Below are positions 19,722 to 29,853 of a stretch of DNA of 64,000 nt, piece after piece (within the stretch, counting starts at the first letter, position 1; each line of letters begins with the position of its first letter). Origin of the DNA: Sedimentisphaerales bacterium (GTDB lineage: Bacteria; Planctomycetota; Phycisphaerae; Sedimentisphaerales; SM23-30). A model generated the notes under the pieces. It worked only from the letters and a program-made list of their open reading frames with translations. It did not search any database and was not told the origin of the DNA. The translations under genes were made by a program, and so were the position numbers. The stretch is from NCBI GenBank assembly GCA_963663805.2, contig CAXXMR010000012.1, positions 1-64,000 on the forward strand, in the 5' to 3' direction.

Positions 19722-22700
19722 TCAGATATTTGCCAGTACGTTATCCAGTTCATCATCGGTTTTCGCGAAGAAACTGCTGATATTTGACTTATCGACATTA
19801 TCAGCCACCAGGCTGGCAACCTCCTCGACCGAATCTATAATACCCTCAATGTCGCCATCGGAAACCTTGACTGACTTGATAAAATTCGCGGTCAAATCGC
19901 CAATCAAATCCCCTGCGGAAATCTTAAGCTTTTTCAGCTCACCGCCAACACCAATATCACCCAGAATATCGCCAACCTTGACAGTCAGCTTATTGATGTC
20001 TTCAGCGATATCCAAATCAGCGACCAGGTCGCCGGCAATAGTTATTTTGCCGATACTGTCGGCTTTGAGCAGACCGCCCAGGAAACCATCAGCGACAAAC
20101 TTACTGATAGCGCCATCGACAATTATCTCAGAAGCACCGGTAATCAGGCCCAGGCTCATATTTACAGCATCATCAGCATCGGTGGCAAAGCTGATACCGG
20201 CATCATTGAGAATATCACCCAACTGAACTTTATCCAGCGTCCCTTCCAGAGCGATACCCAGACCACTCAGGTCAACATCCTTGGCCTTGATAGCCTTCAA
20301 CGAACCGCTGCCGATGAGACTGCCCAGTTCGGTGGCAAGACCCTTGACCTTAATCGCCAGCGTTTCTGAACCTTCGCCGTTGAGCAGTTCAATGCTCTTG
20401 ATGTCAGCTTCGTCGCCCCTGCCCAAAGTAATACGCCCTTGAGCATCACCAGAAAGACTTACGGTTACTTCATCGCCGTCCTTATCAACGAAGCTGAATT
20501 TCTCGCCGTCGCCAAACAAAGCGAAAGGCTCGGCACTTAGTTCCGCGACCGCCTGACTCAGACCGTCAACACTGACCGTCAGGGTATCGGCACAGGCACG
20601 AGGCTGGGCAGCGTTAAGCTGAACATTAACATTGTAGCTCTGGCCCGGCTGCAAAGTAATCGAAGCTGGTCCAATGATACTGAACTCAGAATTATCATCC
20701 AAAGCCAGATTAAACGTCCGGACACTATCACCGTCATTGACAAGCTGATAAACACCCATGATATGCGACCGACCGGCCTGGGCGGCACCCAGGCTGACCA
20801 GATTATCGTCACTGCCGTCCAGTTCGACTATCTGGAAACTGTCATCAGTATCAACCGGTTCATCTTCAGCAGGCCCAGCGACAATCGCCTGCTCCGGCTC
20901 GTCAACATCGGCGTCAAGAACAAACGAAACGCTGGAATGTGAACTGTCGTTAGTAGCGAAAGTCAGATTGCCGCTAAGCTCACCGGTATTTTCGGAATCG
21001 ACATCAATAATAAGGGAGGAACTCTGGCCCGGACCAACACTGATGGTTTGGGCATTGCCGCGGATACTGAAAGGACCTGTGATGGTTAATCCCGTCAGAT
21101 TCAGCACGGCATTGCCGGTGTTGTTGATGGTGATGGTTCGCGAGGCGCTTTGCTGATAATCGAGCTGACCAAAATCCAGAGTACTGTCGTCAGGGACAGA
21201 ATCGTTGGCAGTCAGACTCATCTCAGGGGCAGGCGCCAGGGCGGTGCCGGTCAGGGCCAGAGTTATATTCGTATTTTCTGTATCGTTTGTAGTCAGGCTT
21301 ATAACACCGTTACTCACCCCGATGGTCTGAGGGTCATAAGTAACGCTGATAGTCTCACTAGTACCCGGAGCGATGGCAATATCGTCACTATCGCTGGAAG
21401 AAACGCTGGTCTGGCTAAGCTCGAAATAGCCCGTAGCAACCAGTTTGCTGATAACCAGGTCGGCATTGCCGGAATTAGCCAGCGTAATAGTCGCGGTAGA
21501 GGTTCCGTCGAATTCTATCGTACCAAAATTCATCTGCAAATCAGTAGCGGAACCAATACTGTCGGTCAGTTCAAGTTCGGGCTTGGCGGTCGGAGCGGTA
21601 ATGTTCAGCAGATAACTGCCCGAAGAATCGCCGCCCGAACTCGATACCACCACAGTATAATCACCGTTTGAAGAAGCGTTAAAAGTGAGTATCGGATCGT
21701 TACGGCCTATAGCGTCATTGCTGGCGACTATCGCACCGGAAGCATCATAAACCGTCAACACCGCATCCAGATTGCCATAGCTGGTCGTACTCAAATCCAC
21801 CAGAGCCGCCCCCGAAGCAGGCGAAGTGAAGGTGAACGCGTCGCTGTCATCGCGACGTTCCAGAATACCATTGACAACAGTCACCGCCGAAACTTCATAA
21901 GAGGTGCTTATACTGTCGCCGAAATCATCACTATTACCTGCATAGCCGATATTGGAACCCAGCAGGCTCTGGGTGTCCTGATATTGACTCGTGCCCGGCA
22001 CATAACCTTCGCCGAACATCGTGGTCCGCGGACTGAAAGGCAGATAAGGATTCATAATCGCCGAGGTATCAGAAACATGATTCGCACCGAAAGTATGGGC
22101 CGCTTCGTGACTGATAAGATTACCCAGATACTCGCTGAAATTCTGCAATGAGCTGCCCGAACGGGCCGCGTAACTTGCCAGACTGTCGCTGAACGCGAAA
22201 CCAAAATTACTCGCGTCCCGGTTGCCGGGGTCATAACTTGCCAAACCAATGATATTACTGTTGGGCATGAACCAGTCAGCCGTCCCGCCTACGTACATGG
22301 TAGTGTATTCGCCGGAGGTCGGTTCGGTAGTCGTTACGACAATATCATAAGCGGCGTAATCTTCGCGGATAAATTCCGCTACATATTCGATGGCGGTAAG
22401 CTCCTGCCCGCCCCAGCCGTAATCAGCCAGACTGAACGCCGGCACATCAATATAATCACTGCCCAGATAGAAATCACCCGAACGGCTGTAAACCCGCTCG
22501 CCGTCAAAATCCAGATAAAGAACCTGAGTGCCGCCCGAATAAGACGCCAGCGATTCGGTATAATCATCAACTGAGCTTTCTAGTTCAGAATCAGCCTGCT
22601 CCTGCTCATCTGTGGCGGCTTGAGCAGCGGCACAGGCAGGACAGGTACAGGCAAAAGGATGAGTGGCATTGTCTTCGTTCAAAACAACCGTGGAAACTGA

Positions 22701-22898
22701 CGCGTAATTCTGGTCGGTAAAGTCAGCGTGCGTATCGACATCGCCAGAAGCGTCATCAACCGAAGCGTCCGGCAGAATCGGACCCATGAAATCAGTCGAA
22801 GCATTAAGCAGAACTCGACGGTCCAGAGTCTCCAGACGAAGGTCAGCCGACGATTTTGATTCTTTTTTACGATTTTTCCGAGCACTCGCAGCACGCAT
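19722..22898 (-). CDS. Large extracellular zinc-metalloprotease-like protein with Ig-like (choice-of-anchor D type) repeats
   Basis: LETLDRRVLL planctomycete-type signature, HEAAHTFGANH, PPC-like domain, repeated DFG...TITL.N.GNA.L units. Confidence 0.75.
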   Translation of the reverse strand: MRAASARKNRKKESKSSADLRLETLDRRVLLNASTDFMGPILPDASVDDASGDVDTHADFTDQNYASVSTVVLNEDNATHPFACTCPACAAAQAATDEQEQADSELESSVDDYTESLASYSGGTQVLYLDFDGERVYSRSGDFYLGSDYIDVPAFSLADYGWGGQELTAIEYVAEFIREDYAAYDIVVTTTEPTSGEYTTMYVGGTADWFMPNSNIIGLASYDPGNRDASNFGFAFSDSLASYAARSGSSLQNFSEYLGNLISHEAAHTFGANHVSDTSAIMNPYLPFSPRTTMFGEGYVPGTSQYQDTQSLLGSNIGYAGNSDDFGDSISTSYEVSAVTVVNGILERRDDSDAFTFTSPASGAALVDLSTTSYGNLDAVLTVYDASGAIVASNDAIGRNDPILTFNASSNGDYTVVVSSSGGDSSGSYLLNITAPTAKPELELTDSIGSATDLQMNFGTIEFDGTSTATITLANSGNADLVISKLVATGYFELSQTSVSSSDSDDIAIAPGTSETISVTYDPQTIGVSNGVISLTTNDTENTNITLALTGTALAPAPEMSLTANDSVPDDSTLDFGQLDYQQSASRTITINNTGNAVLNLTGLTITGPFSIRGNAQTISVGPGQSSSLIIDVDSENTGELSGNLTFATNDSSHSSVSFVLDADVDEPEQAIVAGPAEDEPVDTDDSFQIVELDGSDDNLVSLGAAQAGRSHIMGVYQLVNDGDSVRTFNLALDDNSEFSIIGPASITLQPGQSYNVNVQLNAAQPRACADTLTVSVDGLSQAVAELSAEPFALFGDGEKFSFVDKDGDEVTVSLSGDAQGRITLGRGDEADIKSIELLNGEGSETLAIKVKGLATELGSLIGSGSLKAIKAKDVDLSGLGIALEGTLDKVQLGDILNDAGISFATDADDAVNMSLGLITGASEIIVDGAISKFVADGFLGGLLKADSIGKITIAGDLVADLDIAEDINKLTVKVGDILGDIGVGGELKKLKISAGDLIGDLTANFIKSVKVSDGDIEGIIDSVEEVASLVADNVDKSNISSFFAKTDDELDNVLANI

Positions 22899-23164
22899 GT
22901 AACTTACCTCCCAGTAAGCTGCATTGAGCGTCCCGAAAACCGCTGCCAGGCGATTTCCGCTGCATCCGCGTGCTACACATCAACAACTATTAAAATACCA
23001 TCTTCAATTCCCGGTGCGTCAAACACACCGCCATCACACCTACAAGATGCTAAATAACCCGCCCGAAAACAAACCGATTACCCAGAAAAATGTGAAAATA
23101 TTCCACCCCCGCGTTAAAAAATAACGATTATGCCGGTTAGATAAAAATACCGACCGACCCCATG

Positions 23165-23734
23165 TTATCGGACGATGATGTCTTTCAGGCTGCGTTTCGG
23201 CACATGATGCACCATTTCCGCGTCACGGTAGTATTTGATACTGCCCTCAGCGTCAATATCTTCCAGCACGACCTTCTCCGCCGGCTTGCCCAATGCCAAA
23301 ACCAACGCGATTTCCAGATGTTCGGGCAGTTCCAGCTTCTCAGCCAGTTGGGCCTTCTTGATAGAGCCTATCATACAACCGCCCAGGCCCAACTCCGCCG
23401 CCCCCAAGAGAATGCTCTGGGCCGCGATGCCATGGTCACAGCCACAATTCTTACTGATATTCGTATCGCACAAAATAATTATATAAGCCGAAGGCCGCTC
23501 ACCTTCCTTAGCGCCCGGCCAATTACACAAATAACCCGCCCAGGCCAAAAACGGAAAAATCACGTCATTCCCAGCTTTATCACAACAGAGATAATATTTC
23601 AAAGGCTGCAAGTTCGCACCCGAAGCCGATAACCGACCCAAATCCACCAGACCTTCCAAAACCTCCCGCTCAATCTGGTAAGACTCATCAAAACGACGAA
23701 AACTGCGGTTTTTTATTACTAAGTCGCCTAGCAT
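23165..23734 (-). CDS. Nitroreductase family protein
   Basis: NRSFRRF, SASGANLQP, DHGIAAQSILLGAAELGLGGC, HHVPKR. Confidence 0.9.
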   Translation of the reverse strand: MLGDLVIKNRSFRRFDESYQIEREVLEGLVDLGRLSASGANLQPLKYYLCCDKAGNDVIFPFLAWAGYLCNWPGAKEGERPSAYIIILCDTNISKNCGCDHGIAAQSILLGAAELGLGGCMIGSIKKAQLAEKLELPEHLEIALVLALGKPAEKVVLEDIDAEGSIKYYRDAEMVHHVPKRSLKDIIVR

Positions 23735-23834
23735 ATCAAAATCTCCTTTCAAGACTAACGAAAGCAAAATCCAGGTTGTTATTGTACTCCTCACCCCTAA
23801 AATCACCAGTTAAAATAATTCCCCAAAAACCCGC

Positions 23835-23885
23835 TTGACTTCCCCCCAATCACCAAATATACTTATTTGTATAGTTAGCCAAATA
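23835..23885 (+). promoter_or_regulatory. Sigma70-like promoter with a probable ArsR operator
   Basis: TTGACT-N17-TATACT at 23835-23863, then TATTTG-N10-CAAATA inverted repeat at 23864-23885. Confidence 0.7.
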
Positions 23886-23904
23886 AACAAATAACGGAGC
23901 CCGA

Positions 23905-24210
23905 ATGACAACAACTGCCCAAAACCTTAAAAAATATAAAAACAGAGCCGAAATATTCAAAGCACTCGCCCACCCCAGCCGCCTGCTCGTCGTGGACACC
24001 CTCGCCCAACACCGCAAATGTGTCTGTGAACTGACCGAACTCATCGGCTCTGACATCTCCACCGTTTCCCGCCACCTTTCCGTCCTCAAAAACGCCGGAC
24101 TCATCGCCGACGAAAAAAAAGGTACCACCGTTTATTACTCGCTCCGCGTTCCCTGCGTACTCAATTTCTTCAAATGCGTTGAAACCGCACTGGAAAAGGC
24201 CGAAAAATGA
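23905..24210 (+). CDS. arsR: ArsR/SmtB family regulator
   Basis: FKALAHPSRL, KCVCEL, STVSRHLSVLKNAGL. Confidence 0.9.
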   Translation: MTTTAQNLKKYKNRAEIFKALAHPSRLLVVDTLAQHRKCVCELTELIGSDISTVSRHLSVLKNAGLIADEKKGTTVYYSLRVPCVLNFFKCVETALEKAEK

Positions 24211-25511
24211 AACTCGCCCGCTTCAAACCACTACTGTTAATCGCCGCCCTGTTCCTCATCTGCTACTATCTCCCCGTAGGCAGCGAACGATTCGACCACG
24301 CCTGGCTCTCGGCCCTGGCCCTGGTCAAATGGTACGCACGCGAACACGTCGTACTCTGCCTCCTGCCCGCATTCTTCATCGCCGGGGCCATCGCTGTTTT
24401 TGTCAGCCAGACAGCCGTCATGAAATACCTCGGAGCCAACGCCCCCAAAGCCCTCGCCTATGCCGTCGCTTCAGTTTCCGGCACCATACTGGCCGTATGT
24501 TCCTGCACAGTGTTACCATTGTTCGCCGGAATTTACCGCATGGGAGCAGGACTCGGACCCGCCACCGCATTCCTCTATTCCGGCCCCGCCATCAACGTCC
24601 TGGCCATTGTATTCACCATGCGCGTCCTCGGTTTCAAGCTCGGACTGGCCCGAGCCATCGGAGCAATACTATTCAGTGTAATCATCGGATTAGCCATGAA
24701 CTTTATCTTCCGCAAAGAAGAACTCCAACGCATCCAGACCGCCCCGCCGACACCTGCCCAAGCATCACGCCCCCTCTGGCAAACCGCCCTCTATTTCGCG
24801 ACCATGGTAGCAACCCTCGTCTTTGCCAACTGGGGCAGACCCGCTGAAACCGCCGGACTCTGGTATCAAATCCACCACATCAAATGGATTATCACCGCCC
24901 TGACCGCCGCCGCCTTCGCCCTCACCCTCATACTATGGTTCAAAGTACCACTCTGGCAAATTATCCTGGCTATCCTTGCCGTAATCGCCCCTGCCCTGCT
25001 CATCCCCGATAATCCCACCATCGCCTTTGCCATCGGCATACTTTCACTCTCCCTTATTACCGCCAACGGCACCCCCGAAAACTCATCATGGTTCGACAGC
25101 ACCTGGCAGTTCGCCCGCCAAATCCTGCCCCTGTTATTCGCCGGGGTGTTCGTCGCCGGACTACTGCTCGGCAGCCCCGACCAGGGCGACTCCGCAGGCC
25201 TGATACCAAACCATTATATCGCCCAGTGGGTAGGCGGAAACTCACTCGCCGCCAACTTCTTCGCTTCGCTGGCTGGCGCACTCATGTACTTCGCAACCCT
25301 AACCGAAGTACCTATCCTCCAGGGTCTCATCGCTCACGGCATGGGACAAGGGCCCGCCCTGGCCCTGCTCCTGGCCGGACCAGCCCTGTCACTGCCAAAC
25401 ATGCTCGTCATCCGCACCGTACTAGGCACAAAAAAAACTATCGTATACGTTACCCTAGTAGTAACCATGGCCACCATAACCGGCCTAATCTACGGAAACT
25501 TATTCCCATGA
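24207..25511 (+). CDS. ArsP/DUF318-type permease
   Basis: AVCSCTVLPLF, FLYSGPAIN, MYFATLTEVP, LLAGPALSLP. Confidence 0.88.
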   Translation: MKLARFKPLLLIAALFLICYYLPVGSERFDHAWLSALALVKWYAREHVVLCLLPAFFIAGAIAVFVSQTAVMKYLGANAPKALAYAVASVSGTILAVCSCTVLPLFAGIYRMGAGLGPATAFLYSGPAINVLAIVFTMRVLGFKLGLARAIGAILFSVIIGLAMNFIFRKEELQRIQTAPPTPAQASRPLWQTALYFATMVATLVFANWGRPAETAGLWYQIHHIKWIITALTAAAFALTLILWFKVPLWQIILAILAVIAPALLIPDNPTIAFAIGILSLSLITANGTPENSSWFDSTWQFARQILPLLFAGVFVAGLLLGSPDQGDSAGLIPNHYIAQWVGGNSLAANFFASLAGALMYFATLTEVPILQGLIAHGMGQGPALALLLAGPALSLPNMLVIRTVLGTKKTIVYVTLVVTMATITGLIYGNLFP

Positions 25512-25597
25512 CCAAAAGCATGCAAATCAAAGCCATAGGCACAATACATTCATCATTCACCAAAAACACAAAAGCCGACAGTAGATTCCATAACTAA
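25508..25597 (+). pseudogene. Possible N-terminal remnant of a TsaA/TrmO-like gene
   Basis: 29-aa ORF MTKSMQIKAIGTIHSSF... overlapping the permease stop (ATGA); resembles the TsaA start motif PIG.IHSPF. Confidence 0.45.
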
Positions 25598-25618
25598 ATT
25601 TTAAGGAGAACAATCACC

Positions 25619-25852
25619 ATGAAAAAAATTCAGATTCTAGGGACAGGGTGCCCCAAATGCAATCAACTCGCCCAGGCTGCCGACACTGCCGCCCAGGAAC
25701 TCAACCTCGAATACGAACTGACCAAAGTCACCGAACTAAACGAAATTATGGCGTTTGGCGTAATGGTAACCCCCGCCCTGGTCATCAACGGCCAGGTCAA
25801 AACCGCTGGCAAAGTACCCTCAACAGAAGAAATTAAATCCATGTTGGCCTAA
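25619..25852 (+). CDS. Small redox-active disulfide protein (MTH895-like thioredoxin family)
   Basis: IQILGTGCPKC, GVMVTPALVING; AAGGAG Shine-Dalgarno. Confidence 0.92.
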   Translation: MKKIQILGTGCPKCNQLAQAADTAAQELNLEYELTKVTELNEIMAFGVMVTPALVINGQVKTAGKVPSTEEIKSMLA

Positions 25853-25871
25853 ACCACCGAAAGGAAATATC

Positions 25872-26255
25872 ATGTCCGAAACAAACTGCTCCTGCTCATG
25901 TTCCAGCAGCCTCAAACTCGTCTTCGCGTGCAGCGGCGCCGCCGACGTGGGCGCCGTAGCTGACCAGGCCGCCCGGAAACTTACCCAACAGGGCATCGCC
26001 AAAATGTTCTGTACCGCCGGTATCGGCGGACGAGTCAGCGGCATTATGAAAACCACCGAAGCCGCCGACAAAATCCTCGCCCTCGACGGCTGCCCCCTCA
26101 ATTGCGTCAAAAACTCACTCGAACAAGCCGGATTCTCCAACTTCCAGCACCTCCAGCTCGCTGACATGGACCTCAACAAAGGCCAGTGCCCACCCACCGA
26201 AGAAACCATCGACAAAGTCGTCAACCGCATCCAAACCATGCTCTGCTGTAAATAG
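25872..26255 (+). CDS. DGC-domain putative zinc-binding protein
   Basis: FACSGAADVG, KMFC, LALDGCPLNC. Confidence 0.9.
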   Translation: MSETNCSCSCSSSLKLVFACSGAADVGAVADQAARKLTQQGIAKMFCTAGIGGRVSGIMKTTEAADKILALDGCPLNCVKNSLEQAGFSNFQHLQLADMDLNKGQCPPTEETIDKVVNRIQTMLCCK

Positions 26256-26265
26256 GAACCAGCCC

Positions 26266-26745
26266 ATGAACAAAACCACCAAAATTATTATAGTCCTGGT
26301 GCTGTTCGGCGCCATTGGCTTAGTTATCGCCAGAAAAAACTGCACCTCATGTAACTCATGCCCCCCGCCCCCAACAGCCGTGCCCGCGGAAAACACCAAC
26401 CCTCAACCCGAAAAACCAGCCAACCATCTACCGCGATTAGTAGACCTCGGCGCCGGAAAATGCACCCCCTGCAAAATGATGGCTCCTATCATTGAAGAAC
26501 TCCAAACAGAATACCGGGACACCTTTGACGTAACCTTCATTGATGTCTGGGAAAACCCCAACGAAACTAAAAAATACGAAATCAACATCATCCCCACCCA
26601 GATTTTCTACGACGCATCCGGCAAAGAACTCTTCCGACACGAAGGATTCTTCGCCAAAGAAGACATTCTCGCCAAATGGCGGGAACTCGGCATTACTATC
26701 CCCCAAAAAACAACTCCTGAACCGGACCAGCGGGAGAATCCATAA
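26266..26745 (+). CDS. Membrane-anchored thioredoxin-family protein
   Basis: N-terminal TM helix, DLGAGKCTPCKMM, IIPTQIF. Confidence 0.9.
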   Translation: MNKTTKIIIVLVLFGAIGLVIARKNCTSCNSCPPPPTAVPAENTNPQPEKPANHLPRLVDLGAGKCTPCKMMAPIIEELQTEYRDTFDVTFIDVWENPNETKKYEINIIPTQIFYDASGKELFRHEGFFAKEDILAKWRELGITIPQKTTPEPDQRENP

Positions 26746-26746
26746 C

Positions 26747-27447
26747 ATGCAGGAACTCTTCACCCAACTTACCCACGCCGTCGAAGGAACCTGGTCCATC
26801 GCCCTGGCCGCCGCATTCATCTGGGGCATACTCAGCGTACTGCTAAGCCCCTGCCACCTGGCCGGTATCCCCTTAATCGTAGGCTTCATCAGCCAGCAAA
26901 AAAAACAACTCTCACCGCCGCGACTGCGCTCTGGCCTCACTCTTCGCCGCCGGAATACTCATCACCATCATCATCATAGGCCTCATCACCGCCGCCGCTG
27001 GCAGAATGCTCGGCGACCTCGGACCCTGGTGCAACTATTTCGTAGCAGCCATTTTCTTCATCGTAGGCCTCCACCTCCTCGGCGTAATCCCCTCACCCTT
27101 CGCCGGCCCCTCCCAGGTCAAACTCAAACAAAAAGGGACTGCTCGCCGCCTTCATACTGGGCCTGATCTTCGGACTGGCACTCGGCCCCTGCACCTTCGC
27201 CTATATGGCACCCATGCTCGCCATAACTTTCCGAATGGCATCAACAAACCTGCCTTACGGAATACTACTCCTGCTGACCTACGCCATAGGCCACTGCACC
27301 ATAATAATCATCGCCGGAACCTCTACCAGCCTCGTCCAGAAATATCTGAACTGGAACGACAAATCTCACACCACCCAAATCATCCAAAAAATCTGCGCCA
27401 TCCTAATCATTGCCGCAGGACTCTGGCTAATCCACACCGCACCATAG
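26747..27447 (+). CDS. ccdA: CcdA/DsbD-type transmembrane electron transporter (frameshifted)
   Basis: GILSVLLSPCHLAGIPL and GLALGPCTFAYMAP in different frames; breaks near homopolymer runs. Confidence 0.85.
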
Positions 27448-27448
27448 T

Positions 27449-27940
27449 ACCCCAACATTATTCACCAGATAAAACCACCAACCCCAACAAAACCCCAAAA
27501 CGCCAGCGCCGGGATAAACCACAAAAACCCGTCCAGTTTTGTCCACCCCGTCACTACTGCCTCATTAAAAAAAACTCAACTTTTTATATTTGCCTTTCCG
27601 ATTTCTTGATGCGATTCGAAAGATTCGAAACGGTGTCCGGTACACTTTCCCGCTCCACTCCCCAACCACCGCCCATCAGAGCCGCGCACGTAAGTAAGCG
27701 GTGCCGTTAATTAAACCACTCCGACCAAAGTTCGCCCCGCACCGTCGCCCAAACCCCAGCTCAAAACACCCGTTGCGTCACTACCGTTAAAGACCCCAAA
27801 GGGGCCGAAAGAGCGTATAGCCGGGGCGCGTAAGCCCCCGGTCCTGAAGCAAAAAAATAATAAACCCCTGCCTAAGGCCGGCACCTTGCCGTTGATCATT
27901 CAACCATCGACCAAAGGTCGAAACCTCACCGTTATAGTTA
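27449..27940. repeat. Mosaic cluster of REP-like elements between convergent genes
   Basis: AGAGCCGCGCACGTAAGTAAGCGG at 27678, GACCCCAAAGGGGCC near 27792, hairpin-GCCGTT-type copies at 27867 and 27908, CGCCAGCGCCGGGATAA element at 27483-27531. Confidence 0.85.
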
Positions 27941-27950
27941 TCCCCGCGAT

Positions 27951-29633
27951 TTATTCGCAGGGTTCGACATCCCTGGAAAATGGCACCAAAGGCCAAAACA
28001 CCCGGTCACCACCATGATAATCATGACCCCACAGATAATCCTTATCCGCCACCCCGCCGCCGTCCTCATAATCAATCCCCACACTATACAAAACAAAACC
28101 ACCCTCATCCCGCCGATACTTCAGCTTCCCTTCGGCGTAAGGATCCTCCGGCACCGCCGCCAGATACCCACCCGCAACCAGCTCAGCCAAATCATCAGGA
28201 AACTCCCCCTTCTCCTTCTGCCACCGAAACACAGACAGCACCACCCCCGCCGCCTCATAATCTACCCGCATTCGATGATTTATTTCAGGAACATTATCCG
28301 GAAGCCAGCCAATCTGATAAAAAAGCATATAACGAAACGACTCTAAGCATATCTTTTTCGACCGCTTGGGTATTACCGGATACGCCCTATTACGATACAC
28401 AAATGGCTTTTCGTCCAGCCGCTTATCCAAAATATCAAAATATGCTTTAAATCTATCTTCCGCCTCGTCACGCTTGATATGCAATAATGTCATTAAACCA
28501 AGCCAGCTATAAGAAAACTTTGCATAGAGTTCATCATCTTCAAGACACTCATCCCAGAGTATAACACCGCCACCCCATCCTCCCTCACTGTAAAAACACT
28601 CTATCGCCTGCCTCCAAAACATCCGTTCCATAATGTAATCATGCTTAGGATGATGCTTCGGGTAAAATGCTTTCCATCTCATCTCTATCTCTGCTGTCTC
28701 ATCTAAACCAGCCCCCACCCCCAATCTAATAATCTCCAGGCAGGCCAAACTTGATATACCCTCACCACATAGTTGCTCACAAAACATTTTCTGATCCTTG
28801 AGATGTCTGCCCACATTCATAACTGCCATTATCTTATCCAGAGCACCTCCCCTTTCACCATTCGCTACCGTGCGCCTGTTAAGCCACAAAACCTGCTTCA
28901 CCAGACTACGAATCTTAGTAAAATCAGGAAGGTTTACCATCCACAGCAATGCACCCTCCGAATACTCATACTCAAAATACAGCCCCTTCTTCATCGCCCC
29001 CGACAATAATGCCGCTCGTGCCCCTTCATTATCATCGATCCACCTCAAGAACCTTGCCCTGTTATCCTCCGAACCAGACGAGAATACCCCATTCCCACTA
29101 TCCTTTAACACTTCACTAAACCATTCCTTGACCTCACATTCCGGCTCAACAAATATCTCTATCGCCCGCTGATAATCACTCCAGGCATTTTCTTCTTCAG
29201 TTAATTCACCCCGCCCGATCTTGTTAATCTCTTCCAGATAATCAACCCGCAATACCGGCTCCAGACTATCAACCCACGCCCCGTAAATACACAATCCCAC
29301 CAATAACCCACTCCACGACACCGAAAATATTAAAAGAACCGCCGAAACAATTTTAACCCACAACCGCCGACAGCGTCTATTAACCGACCAGACCAACCGC
29401 TTAATCCGCCAACCTTTTCTCAGCCGTTGTATAAACTCATCCCCCCGCTCCTCACACTCAACCGCACCCTCAATATCCGCCTGTTCCGCCCAAAACCGCT
29501 CCACCAGCTCCGCCCGCACTGCGTCCCGAACAACCTGCCGCCCTTTAACGCTCGCCACCACGCCATCAATAAACTCCCCCACCCGCTCCGGCAACTCAAC
29601 CTGTCCAGACTTTCCACCAGCCATAAAAACCAC
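27951..29633 (-). CDS. Hypothetical single-pass membrane protein
   Basis: 560-aa ORF; short helical N-terminus, one TM, C-terminal PEDPY...FVLYSVGIDYEDGGG. Confidence 0.75.
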   Translation of the reverse strand: MVFMAGGKSGQVELPERVGEFIDGVVASVKGRQVVRDAVRAELVERFWAEQADIEGAVECEERGDEFIQRLRKGWRIKRLVWSVNRRCRRLWVKIVSAVLLIFSVSWSGLLVGLCIYGAWVDSLEPVLRVDYLEEINKIGRGELTEEENAWSDYQRAIEIFVEPECEVKEWFSEVLKDSGNGVFSSGSEDNRARFLRWIDDNEGARAALLSGAMKKGLYFEYEYSEGALLWMVNLPDFTKIRSLVKQVLWLNRRTVANGERGGALDKIMAVMNVGRHLKDQKMFCEQLCGEGISSLACLEIIRLGVGAGLDETAEIEMRWKAFYPKHHPKHDYIMERMFWRQAIECFYSEGGWGGGVILWDECLEDDELYAKFSYSWLGLMTLLHIKRDEAEDRFKAYFDILDKRLDEKPFVYRNRAYPVIPKRSKKICLESFRYMLFYQIGWLPDNVPEINHRMRVDYEAAGVVLSVFRWQKEKGEFPDDLAELVAGGYLAAVPEDPYAEGKLKYRRDEGGFVLYSVGIDYEDGGGVADKDYLWGHDYHGGDRVFWPLVPFSRDVEPCE

Positions 29634-29853
29634 GTCCCTGACATAAACACATTACCACAGAAAAGTAGATTGTACCAATATCCCCACCGCTCCGCCATGA
29701 CTATTCCCCTCCCAGAAAAAAAGAGGACAAAGCTCTTTTAACATATCTACAAGATTACCATCCCCAACACCCAAGAAAACAATATCTACCAAGTCCATAA
29801 AATTCACTATCGCTCACCATCAATCTACCCCATCTGCGGTTCAAACTGTTTCG

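Noticed and set aside
23905..27447. Selenocysteine recoding in the redox operon
   Set aside because: The redox motifs use Cys codons; no in-frame TGA at catalytic positions
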